NCBI GenBank assembly: GCA_038046065.1 | Contig: JBBSWX010000011.1 | Location: 21,145 to 57,735, forward strand | Direction: 5' to 3' | Source: Candidatus Micrarchaeota archaeon | GTDB lineage: Archaea > Micrarchaeota > Micrarchaeia > Norongarragalinales > UBA97 | Length of the DNA: 36,591 nucleotides | Part shown: positions 18,230-25,716 of the stretch, piece after piece | How the letters are laid out: each line of letters opens with the position of its first letter | Position numbering within the stretch: the first letter of the stretch is position 1 | The notes under the pieces: model-generated | Told to the model about the DNA's origin: nothing | Database searches by the model: none | What the model saw: the letters and a program-made list of their open reading frames with translations, nothing else | Translations under genes and position numbers: made by a program

Positions 18230-19090
18230 CTACGAAGTGCTCCAGCTAACGTCGGGGTGCAGCCAGTGGGCATCGTACTTGCGTTCAAGTTCAACCAGCG
18301 TTCCCGAGCTTTCCAACTGGCTTATTGCCGTGTTGAGGAAGTTCAACAGTTCGACGTCATCAGTTCTCACCGCCCACGACAACGCCGTCAGCCCGTAAGG
18401 CCTTGCGGCAAACAAGTCTGTTACGCCAGCGTGCGACTCAGCGTACTTGGCTACACTGTAAGAATCGCTCAGCCCCGCGTCAGCCCTGCCAGCTGAAACT
18501 TCAAGGAACGGGAGGCTCAAATCCCCGCCGGACGCGGTTGACAGCACCTTCAGCTGCGCGTCGGGCAAATGCGTCTTGGCAAAGGCGTGGCTTGCCTCTC
18601 CCTCTGCAACCGCGATGGTCACGTTCTTCCGGTTGAAATCGCTTATGCTGTTGAACCGCCCATCGCCCTTGCGCACTATGGCGCTGTTGCCGGCGTACAG
18701 CAGCGGTTTCGCGAATGCCACCGCCGTAGCCCTGGCCGTAGTGGCGAATGTCGGGGCTATGCTCACGTCGCACCTTCCGGACTGCAGTTCAGAAACCCAG
18801 TTCGACCACGTAGTTTCCAAGTATTCCGGCTTGAGGGACGCGTCGCGCGCGATTTCCTCGAACGCGTCGTAGAAATGGCCTTTCAGCGTTCCAGTCGCGC
18901 CGTCCTTTATTATCATGGGCGGGTAGGTTATGTAGCAAACGTTCACACGGCCGGAACTTATTATGCGCGCGAACGTTGAAGCTTCTACAGCCGCGCCTTG
19001 GCCTTGACTTGCGACTGCCAACGCCGCAACAGACGCTGCCAACGCCAAAATTACCAATATGCCGATAACGTGCGGTTCAAACAGTTTCAT
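18230..19090 (-). CDS. Amino-acid ABC transporter substrate-binding protein (family 3) with N-terminal membrane anchor/signal
   Basis: 286 aa. It has a hydrophobic N-terminus (IGILVILALAASVAALAV) followed by an SBP_bac_3-like body. Confidence 0.8.
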   Translation of the reverse strand: MKLFEPHVIGILVILALAASVAALAVASQGQGAAVEASTFARIISSGRVNVCYITYPPMIIKDGATGTLKGHFYDAFEEIARDASLKPEYLETTWSNWVSELQSGRCDVSIAPTFATTARATAVAFAKPLLYAGNSAIVRKGDGRFNSISDFNRKNVTIAVAEGEASHAFAKTHLPDAQLKVLSTASGGDLSLPFLEVSAGRADAGLSDSYSVAKYAESHAGVTDLFAARPYGLTALSWAVRTDDVELLNFLNTAISQLESSGTLVELERKYDAHWLHPDVSWSTS

Positions 19091-19193
19091 GACAACCCCC
19101 TGTCGTCACTATGCTATTATGCTTTGATATTATTTTCCGGTGTTTTTCGTGCCAAAAGAAAAACTTAAGTGGTTATGCCGTCATTTTAACAGT

Positions 19194-20168
19194 ATGGTTA
19201 CCCTGACGCCTTCGGATCGCGCGTTGCTTTTTGAGCTAGACCGTGACGCACGGCAGCCGTTTTCCAAGATTGCCCGTACGCTGCGTTTAAACAAGGAGAC
19301 GATCCGCAACCGTTTCGAGCTTCTTAAGCAGCGCGGCGTGATTGCCGGCACTACCGTGTTGTGCAATATTCCGAAGCTTGGAGGACTGTACGTGAAAGTC
19401 TACCTCGGCTTCGGGGCTCCCAGCGAGAGGGAGGAACGGCGCCTGCTTGCCTTTCTTGAGCGCGCGCCTCAAGTAGTATGGCTCGTCGAGTGCTTTGGCC
19501 GTTACGATGCGATAATCAACGGCGTTTTCAGCGATTTGAGCGAGTTCGACCGGTTCACAATGCGTTTCATGGACGAATTTGGAAAGTGCGTTGAGCGCTA
19601 CGACGTGTCATTCCTTACCGACGTGCGTAAGCTTCCGCGCGCTTACCTGTCCCCAAAAGCAGTCCACAATCATCCCGTAGTTGCGCCCGCCGCAATTCCC
19701 GATGTGCGTGATGCGGCGATACTGGCGGAATTGTGCCGCGATGCGCGCCTTGACTCGCACGCGATAGGGCTGCGTGTTGGCCTTACCGCCGCCGCGGTGC
19801 GACACCGGATTAGGGCGCTAGTTGCACGCAAGGTTATCGCCAACTTTACGCTCAACCTTAACCACTCTGTGTTTGAACGGTCTCTTGTGAAGCTCGTCGT
19901 GCGTTTAAGGCATTCCTCGACAGCCCGCAAGAATTCGTTCATTTCCTACTGTGCCGGCTTGGAAGGGATACTTTACATTACCTGCGGAAAAGGGGTTTCG
20001 GATATCGACCTTGACTTTGAGGTGCTTAGCCTTGAAGGGTTTAACCGCCTGCTGCGCGGGATGCGGCGCAGCAATCGCGACTTGATGCGCGAGTACGAGA
20101 TACTCGTTATATCGAAAGAGCACAAGCTGGACTTTTCGGGGGCATTCCTTACGCTTGCCGGGCGCTAG
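19194..20168 (+). CDS. Double (tandem) Lrp/AsnC-family transcriptional regulator, paralogue of 14558-15529
   Basis: From ATG 19194 the frame reads MVTLTPSDRALLFELDRDARQPFSKIARTLRLNKETIRNRFELLKQRGVI. A second HTH reads DAAILAELCRDARLDSHAIGLRVGLTAAAVRHRIRALVARKVI. The architecture matches the other regulator. Confidence 0.8.
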   Translation: MVTLTPSDRALLFELDRDARQPFSKIARTLRLNKETIRNRFELLKQRGVIAGTTVLCNIPKLGGLYVKVYLGFGAPSEREERRLLAFLERAPQVVWLVECFGRYDAIINGVFSDLSEFDRFTMRFMDEFGKCVERYDVSFLTDVRKLPRAYLSPKAVHNHPVVAPAAIPDVRDAAILAELCRDARLDSHAIGLRVGLTAAAVRHRIRALVARKVIANFTLNLNHSVFERSLVKLVVRLRHSSTARKNSFISYCAGLEGILYITCGKGVSDIDLDFEVLSLEGFNRLLRGMRRSNRDLMREYEILVISKEHKLDFSGAFLTLAGR

Positions 20169-21388
20169 GCGAGCGCGCTCACTACCTTCAGCAACTGCGG
20201 CCTCTTGGCGAGGACTTTCGTGACAACGGGCCTGAAGTCGCCTGCCAGCAGCTTTTCGAGGTCTTTGTTGTCGAGGTTGTCGAACACCGCGTTCAAATCG
20301 TCGTCATTCATCTTCTCAAGCACCCTGCGCAGCTTCAGCCGCTTGTCAATCGTCGGCTGCGCAGCAGCGCGCCACTCCGTTTCGTAAGGGTAGAGGGATT
20401 GCTTCGAATAATCTTTCCTCTCGTGCGCAGCTATCGCCGCCTTCGCGCCGTAATAACCTGCTTGCATCGCGAGACCTATCCCCCCGCCGTGAATGGGATC
20501 CACTTGATGCGCGGCTGTTCCGATTACCATAAAGTTGTCTTTCACGAACTCGTTGATGGGCGCGCCCACGCTAATCACGCCGCCTTGCACGGAAACGGCG
20601 GTTGCCTTGCCGAAGCGTTCGGGGTGCTCGCGAATGAACTTGTCGAGGTACCCTTGCGGGTCTGGCTGCCCCTTTTCGCCGTGCATCCCGTCCGTAAGCC
20701 CCCCAACGCCGATGCCCACGTTCGCGGAATCCTTCCCCTTGGGGAATACCCACACGTAGCCGCGTGGCGCTGCCGAGCCGAAGTAAATCTCAATGAGATC
20801 CTCGCACTCTACACCCACCATTTCGTACTGCACGCACGTGTCCACGTCGTAAAGCGGCGCCACCGCGCTGAAGCCCGCCTGGCGCGCGATGAGGTTCTCC
20901 ATTCCCTCTGCGCTCACGACGAGAGGCGCGCGCACTTCAAGCTCTTCATTCATCCTCACGAACTTCACGCCTGCAATCTTCCCGCCTTCCTTCACGAGGC
21001 TCGTTACGCGGGCTTTAGGAAGTATCGTCGCCCCTTGCCTTCCGGCTTGCATCGCGAGCGCCTTGTCGAAAACCTTGCGGTCAAGCACCCAACCTTTGCT
21101 TTCGGTGTTGCGCACTTCCAACCGCTGGAACTTCGGGCCGAACAACGCCGCGCCGCCGATGGGGAACGAGTTGTTCGTCGCGCCTTTCGGCAGCTTCATC
21201 GGAATCTTGCCAGCATCCCAATGTTCGGCCAAGCCCTCGCCGCAACGCACGGGCGCGCCTATCTCCTTGCGCTTTTCCAGCACGAGCACGCCCATGCCTT
21301 TGGCCGCAGCCGTCGCGGCGAACACGCTGCCTGCCGGCCCGCCGCCGATGACTATCGCGTCGTAAGAATTCTTGAGCTTGACTTCCAT
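20165..21388 (-). CDS. Geranylgeranyl reductase (digeranylgeranylglycerophospholipid reductase family)
   Basis: YDAIVIGGGPAGS (FAD-binding fold), RCGEGL and FPKG motifs, and 407 aa, typical of archaeal GGR. Confidence 0.9.
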   Translation of the reverse strand: MEVKLKNSYDAIVIGGGPAGSVFAATAAAKGMGVLVLEKRKEIGAPVRCGEGLAEHWDAGKIPMKLPKGATNNSFPIGGAALFGPKFQRLEVRNTESKGWVLDRKVFDKALAMQAGRQGATILPKARVTSLVKEGGKIAGVKFVRMNEELEVRAPLVVSAEGMENLIARQAGFSAVAPLYDVDTCVQYEMVGVECEDLIEIYFGSAAPRGYVWVFPKGKDSANVGIGVGGLTDGMHGEKGQPDPQGYLDKFIREHPERFGKATAVSVQGGVISVGAPINEFVKDNFMVIGTAAHQVDPIHGGGIGLAMQAGYYGAKAAIAAHERKDYSKQSLYPYETEWRAAAQPTIDKRLKLRRVLEKMNDDDLNAVFDNLDNKDLEKLLAGDFRPVVTKVLAKRPQLLKVVSALA

Positions 21389-21460
21389 TTTTTCAAACGC
21401 ACCTTTCGCCCTTCAAACGCCCTCGTTAATTCAACCATTATTCCTGCCAAGCGGCGACTG

Positions 21461-21673
21461 TCACTTTACTATCTTTATCGCCTTCACCGGGCACACTTTC
21501 TCGCACACTTGGCATTTTATGCACTTGGCTTCGTCGCACTCTATGCGCGTCTCGTTAAGCATTATGCAACTCGCGGGGCACACTGCCGCGCAGCCTGCGC
21601 AGTAGATGCACTTGCTCTTGTCGAGCTTGAAGACCTTTCCGCCAGCGTTGCTGTCAGTAGAATCCATTGCCAA
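21461..21673 (-). CDS. 2x[4Fe-4S] ferredoxin
   Basis: CIYCAGCAAVCP and CIKCQVCEKVCP, located directly upstream of GGR on the same strand. Confidence 0.85.
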   Translation of the reverse strand: MAMDSTDSNAGGKVFKLDKSKCIYCAGCAAVCPASCIMLNETRIECDEAKCIKCQVCEKVCPVKAIKIVK

Positions 21674-21740
21674 CCACTCCTACTATACCCTTTCCCGTAA
21701 CTTTCATTCAGGTCGTTAAACGAATAAAAGCGTTGCCGAC
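21668..21740. repeat. Degenerate third copy (R3) of the repeat family seen at 22565-22695 and 23405-23527
   Basis: Hand alignment shows CCAaCCAct / CCCACCAtg, CTATA, ACTTTCA..AG, TAAA and GCG..GCCG.CG blocks in the same order as R2. As with R2, it lies immediately 3' of an antitoxin gene. The similarity is weak. Confidence 0.3.
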
Positions 21741-21748
21741 GAAGGCGT

Positions 21749-22051
21749 TCACGAAGTTACCACGAGCCTGCGGGGGCTTTCAGGATAGATTTTCACCTTG
21801 CTGCCCTTACTTATCCCGGCAAGCTCGGCCACTTCCGCAGGAAAACGCATTACGAGGCTGCTTCCCAACTGGCCTACGGTAATCTCAACGCCCCGCTTGA
21901 GCTTATTCAACAACAACGCCTTCTGGGCGGCTTGCGGTTCGATAACGACCTCGCCACACTTCCGGCATTTCCAAGCCTGCGCGCTAATGCCCCCCGAAAG
22001 CGAAACGCGCTCTTCCGCAAAGTTCTTTCCGCCACAAGCATAGCATTTCAT
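21749..22051 (-). CDS. Antitoxin-like protein: YgiT-type zinc ribbon fused to an AbrB/SpoVT-like swapped-hairpin domain
   Basis: MKCYACGGKNFAEERVSL....WKCRKCGEVVIEPQAAQKAL matches the MqsA/YgiT N-terminal zinc finger. GSSLVMRFPAEVAELAGISKGSKVKIYPESPRRLVV matches the AbrB/SpoVT pattern. The start overlaps the upstream stop (ATGA at 22048-22051). Confidence 0.65.
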   Translation of the reverse strand: MKCYACGGKNFAEERVSLSGGISAQAWKCRKCGEVVIEPQAAQKALLLNKLKRGVEITVGQLGSSLVMRFPAEVAELAGISKGSKVKIYPESPRRLVVTS

Positions 22052-22491
22052 CCTTCCACCTTCAGCATCTTTTCATTCCACGCGTGGATGGAAACGTGCG
22101 TCACCACAAATACATCCTGCGAGAGGAACCCGTTGAAGTCGCGCACGACTACCGCCCTCAGCGCCTTGCCATCCCGCCTGACAATCTTTTCAACCACGCT
22201 TGGCTTGCGTGGAGAGCTCGTTTCCCTGCCATTTTCAAGCACGTCCTTGACATCATTCAAGTCCAGCGCCAATTCCTCCAGTTCGCGGTATGCGCTTAAG
22301 GATGGCACTATCAACAGCCCCCTGAACCGCACCTCAAACAAGATATCACTATATGATATCTTCAACGGATATTTTAAGCCTTTCGGCCGCCGGAGGCGAG
22401 CTTTCAGTCCGGCTTGCGCGCAGTATATAACCCCGGTTGGCAATAGTTTTGCGTGCTGGATTTTCTTCTCGCCTGCCCCGCATGCCATCAT
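22048..22491 (-). CDS. Putative toxin (DUF4258-like C-terminal half); the true start is probably internal, near 22308-22341
   Basis: The C-terminal part LSAYRELEELALDLNDVKDVLENGRE...DGKALRAVVVRDFNGFLSQDVFVVTHV fits my recollection of the DUF4258 pattern (HA..R..eR.i..eeve.vl..g ... vvv ... viTvy). It is translationally coupled to the antitoxin. The N-terminal 50-60 codons look non-coding and contain a TATA-like box plus a perfect inverted repeat. Confidence 0.5.
   Translation of the reverse strand: MMACGAGEKKIQHAKLLPTGVIYCAQAGLKARLRRPKGLKYPLKISYSDILFEVRFRGLLIVPSLSAYRELEELALDLNDVKDVLENGRETSSPRKPSVVEKIVRRDGKALRAVVVRDFNGFLSQDVFVVTHVSIHAWNEKMLKVEG
22340..22362. promoter_or_regulatory. Perfect inverted repeat AAGATATCA-N5-TGATATCTT, 8 nt downstream of a TATA-like box (minus-strand GGCTTAAAATATC, 22368-22380)
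   Basis: Read directly from the sequence. The geometry (TATA, then a palindrome over the expected transcription start) fits an autoregulatory operator for the TA operon. Confidence 0.5.
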
Positions 22492-22564
22492 ACGACCATG
22501 GGCTGGCTTGAAAAGTTCGACCTCGCCCTGGGCGAAAGCAGTTCCGTCGACCCGCGCCCGACAC

Positions 22565-22695
22565 CAAACGCTTAACTTTTTGCAACAACTTCTTTTGACT
22601 TAAGGAAAACACATCATCCGTGTTTCTCCCACCCTATAGCGGGAAAGCCATCCTAGGGTTATAATACTAGACTTTCAACAAAGCCGTACAAAGGA
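22565..22695. repeat. Repeat R1 (about 125 bp), direct repeat partner of R2
   Basis: Hand alignment with 23405-23527 shows shared CAACAACT, GGAA[A/G]ACAC, GTT(T)CTCCCACC and a 31-bp block (22656-22686 versus 23488-23518) with 27/31 identities. Confidence 0.7.
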
Positions 22696-22733
22696 CGGGT
22701 ATTAAAAACCGAAATTGGTTAGAATACCTGCGA

Positions 22734-23408
22734 ATGAAGACCGCGATTGTGACCGGCATAGAGCCATTCGGGCCGTACCGCTTCAACCCTACAGCGTGGC
22801 TCGCCGAACAGGTTCACGGGAAAGTAATTTCTGGCTACAAGATTCACTCCATAGTGCTGCCAAGCGAAGTGAGGCCGAGTGAAGGCGGGGTTGATCACGG
22901 GGAAACAATCGTGAGGAAAGCCCAAGAAATCGGGGCGGACGTAATCATCTCCTTGGGAATAGCCTCGGAAGTAAGAGGGTTCCGCATCGAATGCCAAGGG
23001 ACGAACTGGGCGTACAACGAGAAATATCTGCCAAAATCTGAGAACGACCGCCCACTTGACATGGCAAGGCCTGAAAAAGAAGTCTTGAAAATGGACCTCC
23101 GGCCTTGGAACGTCAGGTTTTTGAAGCGACAATTTGAAAAAGCAGGCCTACCTTTGGAACGAAAGATTTCCGACGACGCCGGCAAATATTCTTGCAACAG
23201 CATAATCTACCGAACTCTGCTCGCGAAAAAAAGACGCGGGCTCAAAACCCCGTTCTTGTTCGTCCACGTATCCTGCACGCCTGAAACAGTCCGGCAAATA
23301 AAAGGCTTCGACGAACGAAAACACCTCAACAAAAAAGAGGACTTGTTAACGGCGCTGGAAATAATCCTCCGGCTATCAAACCCGCAAAGTACAGGAACTT
23401 ATAGCTAA
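22734..23408 (+). CDS. pcp: Pyroglutamyl peptidase I (peptidase C15) family
   Basis: MKTAIVTGIEPFGPYRFNPT (FEPFG..NPS-like start), FRIECQGTNWA (Glu), DDAGKYSCNSIIY (Cys) and FLFVHVS (His). Confidence 0.7.
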   Translation: MKTAIVTGIEPFGPYRFNPTAWLAEQVHGKVISGYKIHSIVLPSEVRPSEGGVDHGETIVRKAQEIGADVIISLGIASEVRGFRIECQGTNWAYNEKYLPKSENDRPLDMARPEKEVLKMDLRPWNVRFLKRQFEKAGLPLERKISDDAGKYSCNSIIYRTLLAKKRRGLKTPFLFVHVSCTPETVRQIKGFDERKHLNKKEDLLTALEIILRLSNPQSTGTYS

Positions 23409-23527
23409 TCGCACTTTCTCCAACAACTGCTGTTTCAGGGAAGACACTTCGACCGCGTTCTCCCACCATGGGAGGCTAACACCGCCAGGGCTATAAACCT
23501 AGACTTTCAACAGAGCCGCTAAAGTGC
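23405..23527. repeat. Repeat R2, direct repeat partner of R1; its left end overlaps the pcp stop codon
   Basis: See R1. Confidence 0.7.
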
Positions 23528-23540
23528 GCGCCGTCGCCTA

Positions 23541-23595
23541 GCCTTCACGAAGTTACCTCGAGCCTGCTTCCCAGCTGCCGCGGTAATCTCAAGAC
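23541..23595 (-). pseudogene. Decayed, internally deleted copy of the 3' part of the antitoxin gene
   Basis: 23544-23567 matches 21749-21772 (TTCACGAAGTTACC[A/T]CGAGCCTGC) and then joins directly to a match of 21861-21888 (CTTCCCA.CTG...GGTAATCTCAA). About 90 bp are missing between short GCCTGC / GGCTGC microhomologies. Confidence 0.65.
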
Positions 23596-23697
23596 GGTAG
23601 CAATAACCGCGGCAATTGGAATAACGCCTAGCGAGCTCTTCCGATAAAGCGCGAATGGCGCGCAAAAGTTCTTTTTTGGCGCGCGGGCAACGTTTTT

Positions 23698-24837
23698 ATG
23701 CTTCTGCAGCGTGCTTTTCCCGTGAACCCGGAACTACTGATTGGGCAAGCTGCGAAAAAAGGCGCGGGGTGGGTGTTGTCGCACCCCAAGTTTTTCAGCA
23801 AGACGCACGGAAACGCGCCGTGGATCCCGGCAGAAACAAGACCCGAAATGACGCGGGCGCTGAAGGAACTCAAGTGCGAAATACCGCGCGTACTCGTGCA
23901 AAGCCACCTCAGACGCCACAAGCTTATGCAGCTCTATCCCGCCGTACTTGAACAACTCGCGGGCGGCGCAACTGCGCGCGAGGCGCTGGAAGCAGCAGGG
24001 GTACGCCAACACCGAGAATTGGCGCGCACCGAGGCAAGCGAACGAAAACACTTGGCGCTCGTGCAAATGCTGGATGACGCAGGGCGACCCGTGCACGCGC
24101 AGGAAGTCGCCGCCGCGCTCTTTGCCGCGCACAGCACTGACGCGGACGCGTTCCTGCGGAGAATCAACGATTTCGGCGCGCTGGAGAACCTCATTCGCGA
24201 CCACGGGTTAAAGACCGCCTTCGCAGGCTCGTTTGAACGCGCCAAGGAAGCCGCGCGCAAGGGTATTGTCCACTCCGCGTGCGGCATTCTCAACTCGCCT
24301 CAAGCAGGCCGCTTCACTTACCGCGAGTTAATGCAAAAAATGGGTTTGCGCGAAAGCAGCATCAACAGCGTCATTACGGCGGTAAGCATACTTAACCGCC
24401 TGGGCTTTTCGTTCGAACTGCCCCGCGGACTGCAAGAAGGGCAAGCCCGTGCTTCCCGCAGCACGATTGGGTGGAAGCATCGCGACACGCGGCACTCGCT
24501 GCCGCGCGACCACGCGGGCTTTGAGATTCTCGCAAGGCTTTACTACGCCGACGGCAGCCAGTTGGTACGCGACTTATCGAGAGAATACGTCATAAAGCAC
24601 GTGTTTAGTTACGGGAGCGAAACGGGAGTACGGTCGCAAGCATCGGTTCACAAAGAAGCGCTAAAACTGCGAGCGCAAGGACTGGTCGCGATACACAAGC
24701 CTCGAATGAACGTTCCGGGCCGCATCACGCTAACGCACTACGCAAGGCGGCTGGTGGCGGACTCGCTGCGCAAGCACAGGCTTAACGAAGAACTGCGGCA
24801 AAGGCTGCTGGAACAACCCAGTTCAATAGGCCGGTAG
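23698..24837 (+). CDS. Hypothetical protein (379 aa), possible winged-helix segments
   Basis: Long ORF with protein-like composition. Segments such as FTYRELMQKMGLRESSINSVITAVSILNRLGF and GRITLTHYARRLV resemble HTH/wHTH elements. No family was recognised. Confidence 0.5.
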   Translation: MLLQRAFPVNPELLIGQAAKKGAGWVLSHPKFFSKTHGNAPWIPAETRPEMTRALKELKCEIPRVLVQSHLRRHKLMQLYPAVLEQLAGGATAREALEAAGVRQHRELARTEASERKHLALVQMLDDAGRPVHAQEVAAALFAAHSTDADAFLRRINDFGALENLIRDHGLKTAFAGSFERAKEAARKGIVHSACGILNSPQAGRFTYRELMQKMGLRESSINSVITAVSILNRLGFSFELPRGLQEGQARASRSTIGWKHRDTRHSLPRDHAGFEILARLYYADGSQLVRDLSREYVIKHVFSYGSETGVRSQASVHKEALKLRAQGLVAIHKPRMNVPGRITLTHYARRLVADSLRKHRLNEELRQRLLEQPSSIGR

Positions 24838-24838
24838 G

Positions 24839-25033
24839 CCTCCGTATGATTATCCCGTACGCCAAATGCAGCATCGCAAAATAAATTTCCGGATAGTTTT
24901 TCCAGCGAATCAACCGCCGTAAACGATTCAAACAACTGCGCATCCGCTCTAATACCCAACGCCTCGCCTTGCGTTTACTCGTCTTAACCTGCGCCTTGGC
25001 TTCCTTCCCGCGCGAGCGGATGTGCGCGTAAAA
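24839..25033 (-). mobile_element. IS5-family (DDE) transposase C-terminal fragment, remnant only
   Basis: The minus-strand frame reads HIRSRGKEAKAQVKTSKRKARRWVLERMRSCLNRLRRLIRWKNYPEIYFAMLHLAYGIIIRR. It follows the IS5-type C-terminal pattern RW.VER...L...RRL..R.E.......L.LA..I. There is no upstream catalytic region, start codon or proper stop. Confidence 0.6.
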
Positions 25034-25067
25034 CTAAAGAATGGCTTTTGCTACAAAGCTCGGCGGG

Positions 25068-25691
25068 CTAGAACTCGGCGTACTGCTCGTCGTCGAACTC
25101 GTACTTGCTGGCAACGAACTTCTTTCCTTCGTACGAGAATTCCTTGAGCGCCTCGTCGGCAGGGTCGCCCAACTGCCTTGCCTTATCCCACTGGGATGGA
25201 TCGGCGTAAGTGCGGCTGCCTGCGCAGTCGAACGCCACCAGCGGGTGTTCCGCGCCGCCTTCAAGCTGCAGCACGCGCACGCGAGCGCTCCTGCACCCCG
25301 TAGACCGCAATAAGCTGCACAACAACAACGCCCTGTCGAACTCGTCCGCCGCGCGAATATCCATTATCTCGGCGGGCGACAGCCAGAAGGGCACGCCCAA
25401 CTCCGACTCGATTGGCGCGAGCGAGTGGCAGAAAGACACTGCCGCTGCTGCGAATGAAGTGAAATCGCGGTCGAACTCGAACTCCCCCCGGCCGATGCCT
25501 TCGATAATCTCTTCCTTGCTTTTTTGCACCGCGGCGTCCGCTGGAAGAATCAACCCCTTCAACTCCGGGACGGTCTTTTCTTCCCCGGCAGCTATCGCGT
25601 CGCGGTAGCGCTGGACGACCTTCCTGTAAAAAGCGGCTCGCGTTCGGCTAAGCTCCAGCTTCGTCTCGCACGAAGGCAATTCTCCCACCAT
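25068..25691 (-). CDS. Hypothetical protein with a transglutaminase-like core lacking the nucleophile Cys
   Basis: From ATG 25691 the frame reads MVGELPSCETKLEL.... The segment IRAADEFDRALLLCSLLRSTGCRSARVRVL...AEHPLVAFD...YADPS parallels the transglutaminase-like pattern (G.C..FA.L..ALLR..GIPAR.V ... H.W ... D). His and Asp are kept, but the Cys position reads A/D. The 25880 start in the ORF track would overlap the neighbouring divergent gene. Confidence 0.4.
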   Translation of the reverse strand: MVGELPSCETKLELSRTRAAFYRKVVQRYRDAIAAGEEKTVPELKGLILPADAAVQKSKEEIIEGIGRGEFEFDRDFTSFAAAAVSFCHSLAPIESELGVPFWLSPAEIMDIRAADEFDRALLLCSLLRSTGCRSARVRVLQLEGGAEHPLVAFDCAGSRTYADPSQWDKARQLGDPADEALKEFSYEGKKFVASKYEFDDEQYAEF

Positions 25692-25716
25692 ATTGCCTAT
25701 ATCATTACTCGCGCGC

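Noticed and set aside
22349-22612. 87-aa GTG-initiated minus-strand ORF upstream of the toxin
   Set aside because: Most of it is Arg/Gly-rich and overlaps the toxin frame. Only its first ~15 codons show similarity to the R2 copy. It is treated as part of the repeat, not as a gene.
22565-22725. Integron attC-like interpretation of repeat R1 (GCTTAAC at 22570 as an R'' box, GTTAGAA at 22718 as an R' box)
   Set aside because: The putative R'' box is not conserved in R2 (GCTAATC). The R' candidate violates GTTRRRY at the last position. The arms are not convincingly complementary, the cassettes are on different strands, and no integrase is present. It is kept only as something to test with a covariance model.
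23655-23685. Imperfect palindrome GCGCGCAAAAG..CTTTTTTGGCGCGC upstream of the orphan gene
   Set aside because: It has a bulged stem and a minimal loop, it occurs once, and its function cannot be supported beyond noting it.
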